A program made the position numbers and the translations under genes. Below, one piece after another: positions 13,781-27,974 of a stretch of DNA of 64,000 bases. The notes beneath the pieces were generated by a model. That model ran no database searches. It was not told where the DNA came from and saw nothing but the letters and a program-made list of their open reading frames with translations. Source of the DNA: Octopus vulgaris. Lineage: Eukaryota. The DNA lies in contig OX597836.1 in assembly GCA_951406725.2 (NCBI GenBank), forward strand, positions 5,084,001 to 5,148,000, given 5' to 3'. Position 1 is the first letter of the stretch. Every line of letters begins with the position of its first letter.

Positions 13781-13818
<38 letters not shown>
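13340..13818. repeat. (CTAT)n grading into (TA)n/(CA)n
   Basis: Direct inspection. Confidence 0.95.
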
Positions 13819-13821
<3 letters not shown>

Positions 13822-14668
13822 TACGTATATGTGAATATGTGATTGCGGGTGAGTATGACTGCGAATATATCGACGTGCATGTACATTTAACGTATTATGT
13901 ATATATATATATATATTTCCACTTATGCAACTGTTTGATACATTTTGCATGTAATAATACCAACATATTAAAGCTAAAATGATTAGTAAAATAGCTGTAT
14001 ATATTCCATTAAGATTCAAAACAATATTTCATCCCGATTTAATAATTGTCTTTCTCTAACACCCCCTCAATTTTTCTCTCTCTATCTCTCTCACTCTCTC
14101 CGAACCCCTCATATATACATACAAATATATATGTATATGGATTAATGAATATGTAAATATTCAATAAATTCATATAGGATAATATGATAATTTAGAATCA
14201 AAATAACAATTTTCAGCGACAGATCAGTAGAATTGCGCCGTTGTAAATGGTGGCATTGGTTTCTGTTTAAAGGAAGCATAGCGTAATTGCTTTGTTCATA
14301 TACATATATAATTATAAACACATACACATACATACACACAATGCACACAAATATACTCTTACCTGCACACACACACATACGCGCGCAAGCACGCACATAC
14401 ACGCAAACATACAAAGTGAGCCACATATATATTAATATCTGTGCTTTACTGCATACACACACACAAACATATATATATATATAAATATATATGTATTTAT
14501 ATATATATATATATATACATATATATGTATTTATATATATATATATAAATATATACACATATATATATTTATATATGTACACACACATAAATATATGTAC
14601 ATAAATATATATGCATATATACATGTATATATATATGCATGCATGTGTGTATTTATGTATGTATCTCT

Positions 14669-14720
<52 letters not shown>

Positions 14721-15089
14721 ATATTTATATATATATATATATTCACCTCAAGCACATAACTTAACGTAATTACAATCGTAGCCCTGTATGCAACGATTTA
14801 CTACCTGTGTAAGTATATGTGTTAGCGATTGTGCGTGATGTGACAATAATTCTATAGAATTTTATTTGAAACCATCCATATTTGTATAATGAATATATAA
14901 TTAAACATATGCATACATTTCGCTTAATAATTCATGTAAATAAAGATGAAAAAACTTGTTACTACATAAATAATAATCTTATTAGACAACACATCGAATT
15001 TAATGAGGAGGCGACTAATACTGTTTATAGAAATCCACAATATATAAAACTACACGTTATATCGATGGCTGTTCTAACGACGAAATGAG

Positions 15090-15410
15090 ATGGAGTTAAT
15101 CTGAATCTTGTGACAAATATTACGATAGATGATGGGGAACTTGCAATCGGAACAAGTCCCAGAGTAGGTCTGAAATACCGTTTTAAAGACCAGCCATCCT
15201 CATAGCAGCAGGTTGATATGGATAGGACTGTCTGGAGGACTGCTATCCGCAATGGTGCCAGCTCCTTCGAGCAGAACAGACAACAGAATGAGGAGGCAAA
15301 ACGCAGGAGAAGAAAGGAGCATCTTCAACATACTCTACCTGCACCAACCGTCCCGTGTGAGTTCTGCCCACCACTCTTTCACCACCAACTTCGACTTCCC
15401 CATTTAGCAC
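15090..15410 (+). mobile_element. RTE-clade LINE ORF2 3' remnant
   Basis: DGELAIGTSPRVGLKYRFKDQ, then DRTVWRTAIRNGASSFEQNRQQNEEAKRRRRKE...CEFC (C-terminal CxxC). These are typical RTE C-terminal motifs. Confidence 0.8.
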
Positions 15411-16877
15411 CTGTGCTTTATTCCCCAGTTAGCACCCTATTTAGCGTCAGCAAGCTTCTATCTCTTCGCCAAGATAAAAATGCAGCTCAAAGCCGCAGTT
15501 TTAACACCGTTATCAACATCTTGAACAAATCGAAGAAGATACTCGGGTCGCTTATGGATTTCGAGACCGGGTCCTAAAACCGGCAGGAACGCTGGGATCG
15601 ATATATTGCTGCGCAAGGTGACCATTTTGAAGGAGCTGATGTTATATTTCATAAAACATAACTAGTGCAGGAACTCTTCGAAGCCATTTCGTTATGCGTG
15701 TAGATGTTTGTCTGTGTGTTTGTTATATAATTGTATGCATCTTACACACATAGTAATCCGCGTGTGTTCTACGTACGTAAAGACATACATACACTATATA
15801 CTCCCGTATGGAAATGTAGTTCGTACGTTTATGCCTCATATATTTATACATGCATATACACACACATACATATATACACTTGCACTCACTCACTCACACA
15901 CAGGCTTATGCTTAGACGTATATCCACACACAAAAGATCCTCATAAATGCAGTGCATCCCCTTTCAACGGTAAGTGGATACAAACCCTGTGAACACTGAG
16001 GTTTAACTGCTGGACTATAACGTAACAGGAAACAGCTTGTGGGAAGACAATTTTCGAAACACTTTGCTAAGCAAACTGAGACGAAATGAAGAGCAGATCA
16101 AAAACACATTCGCTTGCATTTAATGAACGAACCGTCACGAAGAAAAACAGAAAATACTAGAAGAAAAAAATAAATTTAATCTTAGGTGTTAAGAAAAATA
16201 TACAAACACTATACACAAGAATCGAACCTGAACTAGGAAAATTGGATATCACAAATAGAACATACGGAGATTGTTCCATGAAAGGAATATATTCAAAACA
16301 ATAATATGACACAGTTATAAAAGAGAAACATCAAACCGAATCATGAAAATATAGTGCAAGCGTTCATTGGAAATGGATTCGATGAAATCCAGAGCGAATA
16401 TCCTACAAAGTAATATTATAAAGAACATCGAGCAATAACATGAAAAATAATTACACGAACAAGCTTTCCTCAAAAAAGAACAAAAGGAACAAGAACAACA
16501 ACAACAACAACAAAAACAACAGCATAGGAAGGTAGAAAACTAGCAAGAAGGACGTTATCAGCCATTTTGAATGCACAACATGAGGACGAAGAGGAAGCGG
16601 AGGAGGAGGAATTCTTGCCTGATGATCATCGCAGCGTGAATCTCAAGTCACGGGGAACAGAGACTCGGTTTTATTCCACGCTACACTCTACAACTTATAT
16701 ATATTGAATATTGTCTTGCGTTTCCTCAAACAAAAACCAGAATACACACACATACACTCAGACAAACATACACACGCAGCCTTGCATATATATATATACG
16801 TATGTGTGTTTGTGTTGTTATGTGTCTATGTGTATGTTTGCATATTTTGCTCTGCGCCCGTGTCACTGTTTTTATCC

Positions 16878-16918
<41 letters not shown>

Positions 16919-16958
16919 AATACATATACATAAATACATACACATGTATGCATATATA

Positions 16959-17006
<48 letters not shown>

Positions 17007-17159
17007 TGATTGGCGATATGCCAATGTGTATACTAAAAATTAATGTATATAAATACGTATATATATATGTGTGTGTGTGTGTGTATCTACATATATACAC
17101 ACACTCAGTAGGTAGTGCCAATTTATTATACGTTTTTTCATTTATTCACAGTAATCTTT

Positions 17160-17600
17160 CTAGAGGATTCTGCTGTCTCCTGAGACATATGAAAGCTTAG
17201 AAACGCATGAGTCTTGTTAAGAGTAGAGTTGCAAAGACAGCCCTGCATTACAATATCCGTACAATACACTACTGCACAATATATTTTCCTTAACTGTCTC
17301 TGAAGGAAAGGCAGTTCCCTCCGTCTTCGTACGCAGCCCGTCGCCACCGTTACTGGTATTGTTGGTTATTTTTACTTGAACCATTTCAAGTTAACACTTG
17401 TAGGAAAAACAGAAGAAGGGTTTCACCCTCTGAAGACCTACGTTTAGGTAAGGAAAGACAGGATAAATTGTTTGGTGCGAATTCCAGGTGACTGTACTTA
17501 ACAAGGGTAATACGAGACGGGAGTGAGACATGGGTCGCAAATGCTTTCGTATAGACCTATATGAGCTTAGCCAGCTTGGAATCGCAGATGCTATTATATT
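17160..17600 (-). mobile_element. CR1/Jockey-group LINE 3' remnant
   Basis: Minus-strand frames give VQSPGIRTKQFILSF and PSSVFPTSVNLKWFK, matching the R-T....SF.P....WN.LP..VFP...NL..FK C-terminus. Confidence 0.6.
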
Positions 17601-17649
17601 AGCTGCAGGGGGCTAGTAAAAAAAAAGCTACCTTTTCAAGTCTTAACGA

Positions 17650-18070
17650 GTCATAAAGGCTACTTTCTCGCTTTCATGGCGTATAAATCCCCCCTCCTTG
17701 GGCAGGACGTAGGGCCATCGCAGGATTACTCATTTTGTCAGCTAAGTGGACTGGAGCAACGAGAAATGAAGTGTTTTGCTCAAGAATACAAAGCCTCGCT
17801 CGATCCCGGCATCGAGATCACATTCTTACGATCATGAATCCAGCACCCAAACCACTAAGCCTCGCGCATCCAACGCAGGTGGTAGGGGGAGAATACAATG
17901 AACTTATCAACTTGAGACAGGGGCATGTTTGTGAATGTATGTCGATTAAGCAAGTGCCGTGGCCTAGCGGTTAGGGTGTTCCAATCTCGATGACCGTATC
18001 ATGTGTTCGATTCCCGGACGGGGAGATGTGTTGTGCTCATGAAAATAATATTTCATTTCATATTGCTCAA
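17650..18070. mobile_element. Two divergent SINE fragments (minus 17650-17870, plus 17950-18070)
   Basis: tRNA-like heads (accactaagcc on minus; gtggcctagcggttagg...gttcgattcc on plus). Confidence 0.6.
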
Positions 18071-18805
18071 ATACCGTGCAAGAATCGGCAAGTCAAAGAA
18101 TAGATCCAATCGTTCCGCTTCCTGACATAAAACGAGACTAAATTGGCGGCGAGGCATCACTTGCCATCCTACTTCGAAAAAACACTCGCCAGCAATGACA
18201 ACCCAAACAAACCCGTGAGTTGGAGGATTGACACCTGAATGGTGCAAAGGTGCTATCAATCAGGAGTAAGGAATCACAATCAAATGGCGGAGGCAGCGAC
18301 GTGCTGTTATAGCGCATGTCACCATATTTTCTGATGCACTCAAAGTTGCATTAAATAAGTACCAGTTACGCACTGGGGTCGATGAATTCGACTTAATCCG
18401 TTTGTCTCTCCTTGTTTGTCTCCTCTGTGTTTAAGCCCCCTGTTGGTAGTAAAGAAATAGGTATACACCAACATAGAACAACGAAGTACGTTAGAGTATA
18501 TGTGTGAATGGGGCAGTCTCAAAGGACTATTCAAATTTGCGGTGACGATTGCTTCAATTTTACGACACTAATTATGGAAAATGGGACACACAGTGTTTAA
18601 TGTATTCCGACGCGAACTAATGATGGAAATAATAAGAGACTGTCATGGTGTGTCAGCTTCAAAACATAATTATGTTTCGTCTGAACATAATTACAGAACG
18701 AGAAAAATAACAGCAACAACATTAACTAACACAAACAACCACAACAAACATCGGTTCAATAAGAGAAGTACAGGTTTTAAGGAAATATCATTCAACACAC
18801 ACACA

Positions 18806-18808
<3 letters not shown>

Positions 18809-18868
<60 letters not shown>

Positions 18869-18889
18869 ATACATATGTATATATATATA

Positions 18890-18944
<55 letters not shown>

Positions 18945-18971
18945 ACATATGTATATATATATATGTGTGTG

Positions 18972-19024
<53 letters not shown>

Positions 19025-19039
19025 ATATGTATATATATA

Positions 19040-19103
<64 letters not shown>

Positions 19104-19154
19104 CATATGTATATATATTTGTGTGTGTGTATGTATATATATATATATATATAT
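18809..19154. repeat. Higher-order (TA)n(TG)n compound microsatellite
   Basis: A unit ending acatatgtatatatatat recurs about 4 times. Confidence 0.9.
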
Positions 19155-19963
19155 TCACAATCAAATATATCGTTTAATGAGAGTTCGCTATGAATAAATA
19201 CATGTCTGAAAACTCAAGATGGGCGCCAACAAATAATATGGCGTCGAACTGAGACAAAAAAAGGTCCGAATAAGGATATTTTAATGATGTACTGTAACAA
19301 TAGAACTTATTAAGACGAAGTTTTATATACGAAGAAAATTAAAAGACGGCACCATTGATCATTGAAGCGTATTAGACTTTTCACAGATTGGTTAGTGTTT
19401 GTTAAGTCAAGCCAAAGTAACAAAGATACTAGAAAGTCGTACGCGTAGAGATAGTAGCCAAATATCACCACGTGCAACCGATTCTATAATAGGGAAAATA
19501 TAACAATGCCATTGCTAACGTCTTTGAACAAAATGAAAAATGAATATTGGATAATTGATTTTGGGAAAAGACATGATGTCTAACAGTTGGTCAAATTTAA
19601 TCATAGTACTTTTGTTAAAAGACTAGCTACAAAAACAACACCAGTAACTAGTGCGACGACTGACTACTGTTCAAAGACAGAGAAAATAAATAATTGTACG
19701 AATGGAAACATCAAAGCGAGCGCACTCTTAAAACAAAACACTTTATTACAAACACAAGACAGCAGTACATTATCTGTGTCGGTAAATAGTAAATACGAAA
19801 TTGCTCATTAACGCGAAAATGTGTTTCTGGGTTGTAAGGAAGGGAAGGGAATTTCTTTTTTTTTTTTAAAGAAGGGTCTTAAGTGAATTTCAGATGTAAC
19901 AAATATGGTAATTTAATGTCGTTAAGTTGCTTTTTCAACAGCAAGTGAATATTCTATCACGTG

Positions 19964-20031
<68 letters not shown>

Positions 20032-20097
20032 TGTATGTTAATGTGTGTGTCTGTGTATACACGGCAGACGTGAAGTTACATTGCTGAAGACATATAT

Positions 20098-20515
20098 CTC
20101 TTTTACTCTTTTACTCTTTTACTTGTTTCAGTCATTTGACTGCGGCCATGCTGGAGCACCGCCTTTAGTCGAGCAAATCGACCCCCGGGAATTATTCTTT
20201 GTAAGCCCAGTACTTATTCTATCGGTCTATTTTGCCGAACCGCTAAGTGACGGGGACGTAAACACACCAGCATCGGTTGTCAAGCAATGTTAGGGGGACA
20301 AACACAGACACACAAACATATACACACACATACATATATATATACATATATACGACAGGCTTCTTTCAGTTTCCGTCTACCAAATCCACTCACAAGGCAT
20401 TGGTCGGCCCGGGGCTATAGCAGAAGACACTTGCCCAAGATGCCACGCGGTGGGACTGAACCCGGAACCATCTGGTTGGTTAGCAAGCTACTTACCACAC
20501 AGCCACTCCTACGCC
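20098..20515 (-). mobile_element. SINE family A
   Basis: Reverse complement of 34475-34878. Confidence 0.88.
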
Positions 20516-21271
20516 TATATGTATATAAAATAAAAATGAAAATAAAATAAAAATAAAAATAGTTCTGTATGACTCTTTCACTCTTTTCTTTAGTCCCTTT
20601 CACACAGTCTTCGTTCATTCCACTTTTCTTTTCCTCTCTCCCCCTCTCTCACATTCCTTGGCCTTCCCTTCATTCTCATCACTTTCCTTCCTCCTTTACC
20701 TCACGTTGTCCCTTTTCTTTTTTTCTCAATATTTCTCGTCCCTCTTTAATTCTTCTATCCCTCTGCCCGCTACGTTTCGCCACTCCTTCCACGTGACCAG
20801 TTTTCCACCAAGCCTGACCTTTCTTGGTTTCACTGCCGTCCGTGTAGTATCTCTTATATTCCCTCCCATGACTGCAATGACCCATGCTCTTGCCGTAAGA
20901 CTTCACTTCCACACACGCCAGCTTAATTTAATTCGTCCTCAGCCGAAAGACACCTGTTTTTAACGCCCTGTTGTTTGTATTTTTCTGTACCATTTCCCCG
21001 TTTTTTCATGCTTGTTTTCCTATGCATTCACTTGCTTAATTCCAAAGAGTCTATTGCCCTTAGCTTAGATTTTCTTGGGGCCGGCCAGATTAGAACAGTC
21101 TCGAGAGTAACCGGCCGAAAGTGCAAAGACGAGCCTTTACACTCTTCTGCACGGCCTCGCTTTCGTTGTTTTCCTGTTTGTCTTTCCTTGAATTGTTTAT
21201 TTAGATAGACTATGCACACACATATGCACAAACAAACGCGCACACACACACACACACGGATTTATATATAT

Positions 21272-21324
<53 letters not shown>

Positions 21325-21325
21325 C

Positions 21326-21356
<31 letters not shown>

Positions 21357-21357
21357 A

Positions 21358-21435
<78 letters not shown>

Positions 21436-21769
21436 TCGCGAAAGGTTTCTTTCAGTTTTCTAATTCATCATTTATTTAGGCAAATACTATTTTTTGGCCC
21501 TCAAAACATTTGCTAACCATTATATCTCATATCATTTTTAGCCGTGAAATAGTCACCTTGTATACAAATATTTAGCGTATCACGAAGTCTCTTTCAATGG
21601 TTATTCGTCAGCCACTTACCGAAGCACTAATTACTTTCTCTTCTTAATTAACGTTCCATATCACTTACATTAAATGTCTTCCGCTTTAATCTATTTTAAT
21701 TTTCTACACACGTCCACCTACAAGCTTATTCTCATAACACTGTGCACTTCTGTACACGCACACACACAC

Positions 21770-21815
<46 letters not shown>

Positions 21816-21959
21816 GGAAGGAGAGAGAAACAGAAAGTAGACGGTGGGTTGCGAGAAAGATTTATATTTAGACAGATTTTGATATATGTTATTGCCCCCT
21901 GTCAAACTTGATTGAAAATCATTCTGCTTCTCGTCTTTTGGCTGGGATTCAATTAATCA

Positions 21960-22460
21960 GTGGCTCCTTGCTATAAGTCGTATAACATATAAGGATAATT
22001 TAGTTGGTATTTCTGAGAGATGGAGCCATCGCATAGAGAAATCCTCTTCCATTTGATATATGAACGAGATCTGATCAAAATGTATTGTGTTGTTGCTATG
22101 TTGTTGCTCGAGAAACCGCGTGGCACAGACTGGCCTTGAGCTCTGGCAAGCATGCGCACAAAGGTATAGCGTTTTCGATCTCCTCCATTGTTTAAAACAA
22201 TGCTTGCAAGTAAATTGTGTAGAGTGTGGCACTTTCGAAAACTATATCGGGTTTCAGTTACGCAGGATCTTCGTGATAATGTCGAGGGTTTTGCAAACTG
22301 TCATAACAGATGAAGCGAGGCGGCTCTATGTCAACGACCCCGGATGTAAAGCAAGGTTTCAATAAAAAGAACGAGATTTCAAGACGCGAGGAAACGAACA
22401 GAGATGGCGGTGTATAAAGTGAATGGCCTCAGAATGGGACTACGTTGCGGAAGATTAAAT
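21960..22460 (-). mobile_element. Probable PLE ORF remnant (linker + GIY-YIG C-terminal region)
   Basis: Minus-strand fragments TLDIITKILRN and EQQHSNNTIHFDQISFIYQMEEDFSMRW resemble the PLE motifs TD.I.RIL and EH....H.I.FD...I...E....R. Stops and frameshifts are present. Confidence 0.4.
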
Positions 22461-23244
22461 AGTGAATTGATATGTGTTGTAGTTTTCGTTTTATAACATA
22501 ACTTATGCGCTTATTTTGCAAGAATGAGGTTGATTGGCAGAACAAGTTCATGGTGGGCAAAAACTGCCGAGTGGTATTCAGCTGCGGTTGTTTACCTTCT
22601 AAGAACAAATAGAATTAATAGCAATTTTACTCTTCATCCCCCCAGGTTTCATAAATACAAAACCTTTCAAATCTTGTATCAGTCGAGTGCTGCAGATTAA
22701 TAAAATTTGTTAAGATTTATGACATCTATTTCGGTTTCTGCTTACAGAAACATTTATACAAGTAACAGTGGAAGACGAAGAATTACTAGGATATAGACTG
22801 CTGCTTATCGTTCATTCTAATGAAACACAGTTTTGAACGAAACCTCGATTCTAATAACCTTGGAAACGTCTTCGACAACAAGATGTGTGTACTCTCATTG
22901 ATTATTTAATTAACAACTCAGATGAAATATTCTAGTCTGGAATTGTTAGTTGAGATAACATAAATTGATATCTGATATAAACTATTGATATATTTATCAG
23001 GTTGCGCTTCAATATATCGACATTATACCTTAGATTAGAGATACGGTGGCGTGAAATCACATTAGTGCACACATGCAATCCGTACGGACTTGCAGGTATT
23101 TATTTATTTAAATATATTCATGTACGACAGCTCTAAACTTGTTTAAGTGGATGTTGGTAGAGTGTTGCTTCAGATCGACTCTGAACGAGCAGACTTATGT
23201 GTAAGAGTGTTCCAAACATGACAATCCCATCTGTTTATTTTTCT

Positions 23245-23550
23245 TAACTGCTACTTGTTTTTTTCAATGGACTACGCCCATGCTGTGGCACAGCCTTGAG
23301 AAATTTTTGATCGAATGAATCGACTCTATTAATTGTTTTTTCGAAGCGTAGTACATATTCTATCGGTGTCTGAAGCCGAACCGCTAAATTACGAGTACGA
23401 CAACACACTAACACCGGTTGTCAAGCTGTGATAAGGGACAAACACGGACGCAAAAACATACACAATTGCGCGCGTACACACACAGGAGTACGCACGCACG
23501 GACATACGGCAGGCTTCTTTCAGTTTCCATCTGCCAAATCTACTTGAAGG
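23245..23550 (-). mobile_element. Old SINE family A fragment
   Basis: Degenerate matches (gccgaaccgctaa, ggttgtcaagc, ttctttcagtttcc). Confidence 0.65.
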
Positions 23551-23604
23551 GCTTTCAACTCATATTTAGCTATTGTATACCTATTTTTGCCCCTCCGGTA
23601 TAAT

Positions 23605-24030
23605 ACCTTCTACTATAGGCACAAGGCCTGAAGTTGGGGCAGTTGATTAGATCGTTCCAAGTACGCAACTGGTACTTAAATTATCGAACGCCGCAAGGAT
23701 GAAAGGCAAAGTTGACCTCGGCGGAATATGAACTCAGAACGTAAAGACATACGAAATACTGCTAAACATTTTGCCGGGCGTGCTAACGATTCTCATTTCT
23801 TTATTGTCCACAAGGGGCTGAACATAGAGGGGACAAACAAGGACAGACAAAGGGATTAAGTCGATTACATCGACCCCAGTGCGTAACTGGTACTTAATTT
23901 ATCGACCCCGAAAGGATGAAAGGCAAAGTCGACCCGACCTCGGCAGAATTTGAACTCAGAACGTAACGGCAGATGGAATACTGTTAAGCATTTTGCCGGG
24001 CGTACTAACGATTCTGCCAGCTAGCCGTCT
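23605..24030 (-). mobile_element. Tandem SINE B + C copies
   Basis: The shared core gaaaggcaaagtcgacc...gaactcagaacgtaa occurs twice, with two different tails. Confidence 0.82.
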
Positions 24031-24594
24031 TCCTGCCCCTCAAATAAATTAGAAATATTATCGATTATATCTTCTTTTTCATTGGTCATCTAATACATGT
24101 GATCAAGCAGACCTATGATCAAATGGGCTCCAACCGTGAACAACTCCACTGTTTTTTTTATTATTACCATCGTACAATGCTTCTTACTGTCATTTGATAC
24201 GATAAGGTACAATATGATGATTAATATGCTATTTAACCAAGCTTGTCGATCGGTCTTAACTAATATCCAGAGCTGTAACAGTCTTACTGTCAATATATCG
24301 ACAATAGGTCTTAAATTGCATGCAGCTATTGTTCGATAAGTGATCGTGTGTTCATCTTTATAGATTTATAAAAAGAAAATCCTATAAACCTATGTAGGTG
24401 TGAATACCGTGTGTTAGTTACAGTTGCTATTAAAATATGCTGCAACCTCGATCACGCGAACATTTTAGTTCGTGTCCTTATATCTTCAATAATATAAATT
24501 TCATTTAAAGAGTGGTTTGACTACTGTTTCTAATGAATCTAAGGAGAATGTAGAGATATTTTGGCTAGTAGAAGTACGTAATACATTAATTGAG

Positions 24595-25195
24595 GTCACG
24601 CCGGGCGAAATACTTAGTGGTATTTCGTCTGCCGCCACGTTCTGAGTTCAAATTCCGCCGAGGTCGACTTTGCCTTTCATCCTTTCGGGGTCTATTAAAT
24701 AAGTACCAGTTACGCACTGGAGTCGATATAATCGACTTAATCCGTTTGTCTGTCCTTGTTTGTCCTCTCTGTGTTTAACCCCTTGTAGGTACTAAAAAAA
24801 TAGGTACTTCGTCAGTCTTTATGTTCTGAGTTCAAATTCCGCCGAGGTTCACTTTGCCTTTCATACTTTGGGAGTAGATAAATTAAATACCAGTTGAGTA
24901 CTGCGGTCCATCTAATCGGCTGACTTCCTTCCCAAAAAGTTCGAGCCTTGTGCCTAGAATAGAAAAGAATATATTAATTGAGGTGCGGCGCCTGTAGAGT
25001 CTATACGGTGCCGGATAATATGCTTATCAATATTTCGTCTATCCTTACGTTCTGCGTTCAAGTTCTGCGGAGGCTGGCTTTTCTTTACATCATTTCGGGG
25101 TTGACAACATAAGCACCATTTGTCCACTGGAGTCGACGTAATGGACTAACCGCCCCACCACTGAAAAAACTGGCTTTGTTCCAAAATTTGTAATC
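24595..25195 (+). mobile_element. Cluster of three SINE B/C copies
   Basis: ttctgagttcaaattccgccgagg recurs at ~24640, ~24825 and ~25050. Confidence 0.8.
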
Positions 25196-26299
25196 GTGGC
25201 TTATTTTGAGGTGTTTGAAATTCGTGATTTGTCTCTTTACATAAATACAATTTTGTCCAGAAATGCTCTTTTTGTTCAAATGCCCCCTATGCCCGACTTA
25301 ACTGTCATTGTCACCCTAAATACTGACGTTACTATATAGAACTCTCTCCAAATGTTTTGGAATTTGTTCGTATCGTAATTACACTTAAGCTGTTGGGCAT
25401 ACACGTCTACCTAGAACATCGTTAAAAAAATCCTTACTAGTTTTATACTTTAGTATATTTGGATTAATTTTAAATTTTAGGAAAAAGAAGCGATTGAAAC
25501 AAGTCAGATCTCGTTCGTTAATCTCATGTTAGAAATATAAGCATCGTCCTTGGATAACCCCTTCTTTTTCCATATCAGCCAAACGACATATTCAAAGAAT
25601 CGCTTCATTATTTAAAGCAAAACTTCGCATTGGAGTTGAAATGATAAATCTGCTTGCGAATTCTAGCTTGTATCCTGGCGACATATTTGACCACTTGGTG
25701 TTCTTAGCTTTTAGACCCCGCACTTTTAATGTCGTAAACCTATGTTAAGATTTGACACAGTCATGACCCTCATCATTTATTGAATACCGGAAACTATATT
25801 TTCCAGTGTATATTTATCTATATAAGGTAATGTGTTTATAAAGCACAGCGCTATAGGAGGTGTGTATTATGCAAACAGATCTTTTCTTCTTTTCTGCAAT
25901 GTTTACAATGGAAAAACCCAGAAATAAGAAATGAAGAGATACAGTATTGATATGCAGTGACATTTTGGTTGCGTAGCTTTTATGAATCAAAAACGTAAAT
26001 GTCAAAATCTATCGCCCACATCTAACTTCATTCTAGAATGTCATGGAAGAATTATCTCTCTCGTATCAGCTATATACATATAGATAAGCTTAACCATGCA
26101 TATGGATGTGTAAGCATAGGCGCGCGCGCGCGAGCACACACAGACATGCATACACACATACATATAGTTATAGATACATACGTACACGCGTATGCATGTT
26201 ATATTATTGATACACAAATACATTTTCTGTTGATGTGTGTACATACCATGCAAAAAATATCAAAACACTGCGTACGAAGAAATGTGCATAGGTATATAA

Positions 26300-26352
<53 letters not shown>

Positions 26353-26433
26353 TACATTGAGACGTATTTTAAGCAGTTGACTTGGTGGGTTTAGCATTTA
26401 ATTTTTTGACGAAACCGTGCTTGCTTGAAAATC

Positions 26434-27208
26434 TATCAGGTCCTCCCATAAGTTCTGTCCGATTTTACCTTTTTTAAAATTGTATGAAATTTAATAGTAT
26501 TTTAGAATGTCTAATGGAATTAAAAATTACTTTTATGCATTTGTGTACATTTAAACTGATTAAATATTATTTTACAGAATAATTGAATTAAAATTTCTTT
26601 GAGTAAAACCCTTTCTAACATAGCAGTATCCAAAGAGCATTTAAGGCACATAATGCTTTATGAGTACAAAAAAGGAAACTCTGCAGCCGAAGCGACTCGA
26701 AACATACGTTCAGCGCAAGGGAAAGTATGCTTGAATGAAAGAACTTGCAGAAGATGGTTTTCAAAATTCATAAGTGGAGATTTCAGCCTTGAAGATGAAG
26801 ATCGAACAGGACATCCAGTTGATTTTGATGATAAGCTCCTTGAGGCATTACTTGAAGAAAATCCTGCATTATCAGTTAAAGAATTGGAAATAAAGCTTTG
26901 TTCAAACCATACAGCTGTTGATCGTCATCTTCAACAACTTGGAAAGGTTCCTAAATTTGGAAAATGTGTGCCTCATGAATTGTCCGAAATCAACCGCAAA
27001 TCCCGAGTTGACATCTGTTCTTCTCTCCATTCTTACGAAATCATTTCACCCTTTTTGGATAGACTTGTGACAGGTGACGAAAATTGGATCTTCTATCGAA
27101 ATGTTAAACGTCGTAAACAGTGCCTTGGTAAAAAGGAAAAAGCTCAAACACAACCGAGAAAGGAACTTCATGGAAAACAACATTCTTCTTTCTATCTGGT
27201 GGGATTGC
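26434..27208 (+). mobile_element. Truncated mariner DNA transposon (5' TIR + N-terminal ~60% of transposase pseudogene)
   Basis: TA followed by TIR-like tcaggtcctcccataagttctgtcc at 26434. ORF 26599-27300 has an HTH (HLRHIMLYEY..GNSAAEATRNI..ERTCRRWF.KF.SGDFSLED), CVPHEL (the WVPHEL motif) and DRLVTGDENW (first catalytic Asp). It frameshifts into LSIWWD at ~27185-27208, after which homology ends. Confidence 0.92.
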
Positions 27209-27622
27209 TTAGGAGTTTGGGCTTGACAGATAGACAGATAGATAGTAGTCTGCATCATGCCATGGGTCAAAAGCAACACAGTGTGTTCATTGAGGGTTGA
27301 GTCTTTGGTCGTTGAGTGTTGAGTGTGTAGTCGTTGTGTGTTGAAGTGGTACTTATTTTATCGACCCCGGAAAGCAAACTAGACCTCGGCGTAAGGGCGT
27401 GAGGAGGGAAGGAATGCTGCAAAGCAATTTTCTCCGGCTGTGCTAACAATTGTGCCAGCTCACCACCACATATAATAAATAATAATTTTAATTATTTAGA
27501 TATTTATATTTCCTCTTTTAAAATTGTATTTTAATCTTTTATTGCCTTCTTGTATTTCATCTCTTCTCGGATTTCTAATTAAGCCATAATTAAACACAAA
27601 CACCCAAACACACACACGCACG

Positions 27623-27653
<31 letters not shown>

Positions 27654-27974
27654 TCACAATATACAAACAAATACTAAATGAAATTATTTTTTTATTTTTT
27701 GTTTGTCTATTTGTAATTGGTTATCTCTCAACGAATAGAGATAACGAAAATGACATCGGGTTGGATTGTATTACCAAAATATTTAGTCTAAAGTTTTATT
27801 TTTCATTTTTTTCCTGATTTTGGTCTTGTTCTCTTTTACCGTTGTATTTTTTGCTGCTATTTCATTGGTTACTACTGGTGTTATCTGATTGGTCAATAGT
27901 GGTGGCTGACTTGTTGCCTCTGCTGTTGTAGGCGTTGGCGGTGGTGGTTTTGATAATTCTGGCAAAAACTTTGT

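Noticed and set aside
20287-20550. Recurrent ORF MLGGQTQTHKH...RQASFSFRLPNPLTR (also at 28398, 34458, 55486)
   Set aside because: Antisense translation of SINE family A, not a gene family.
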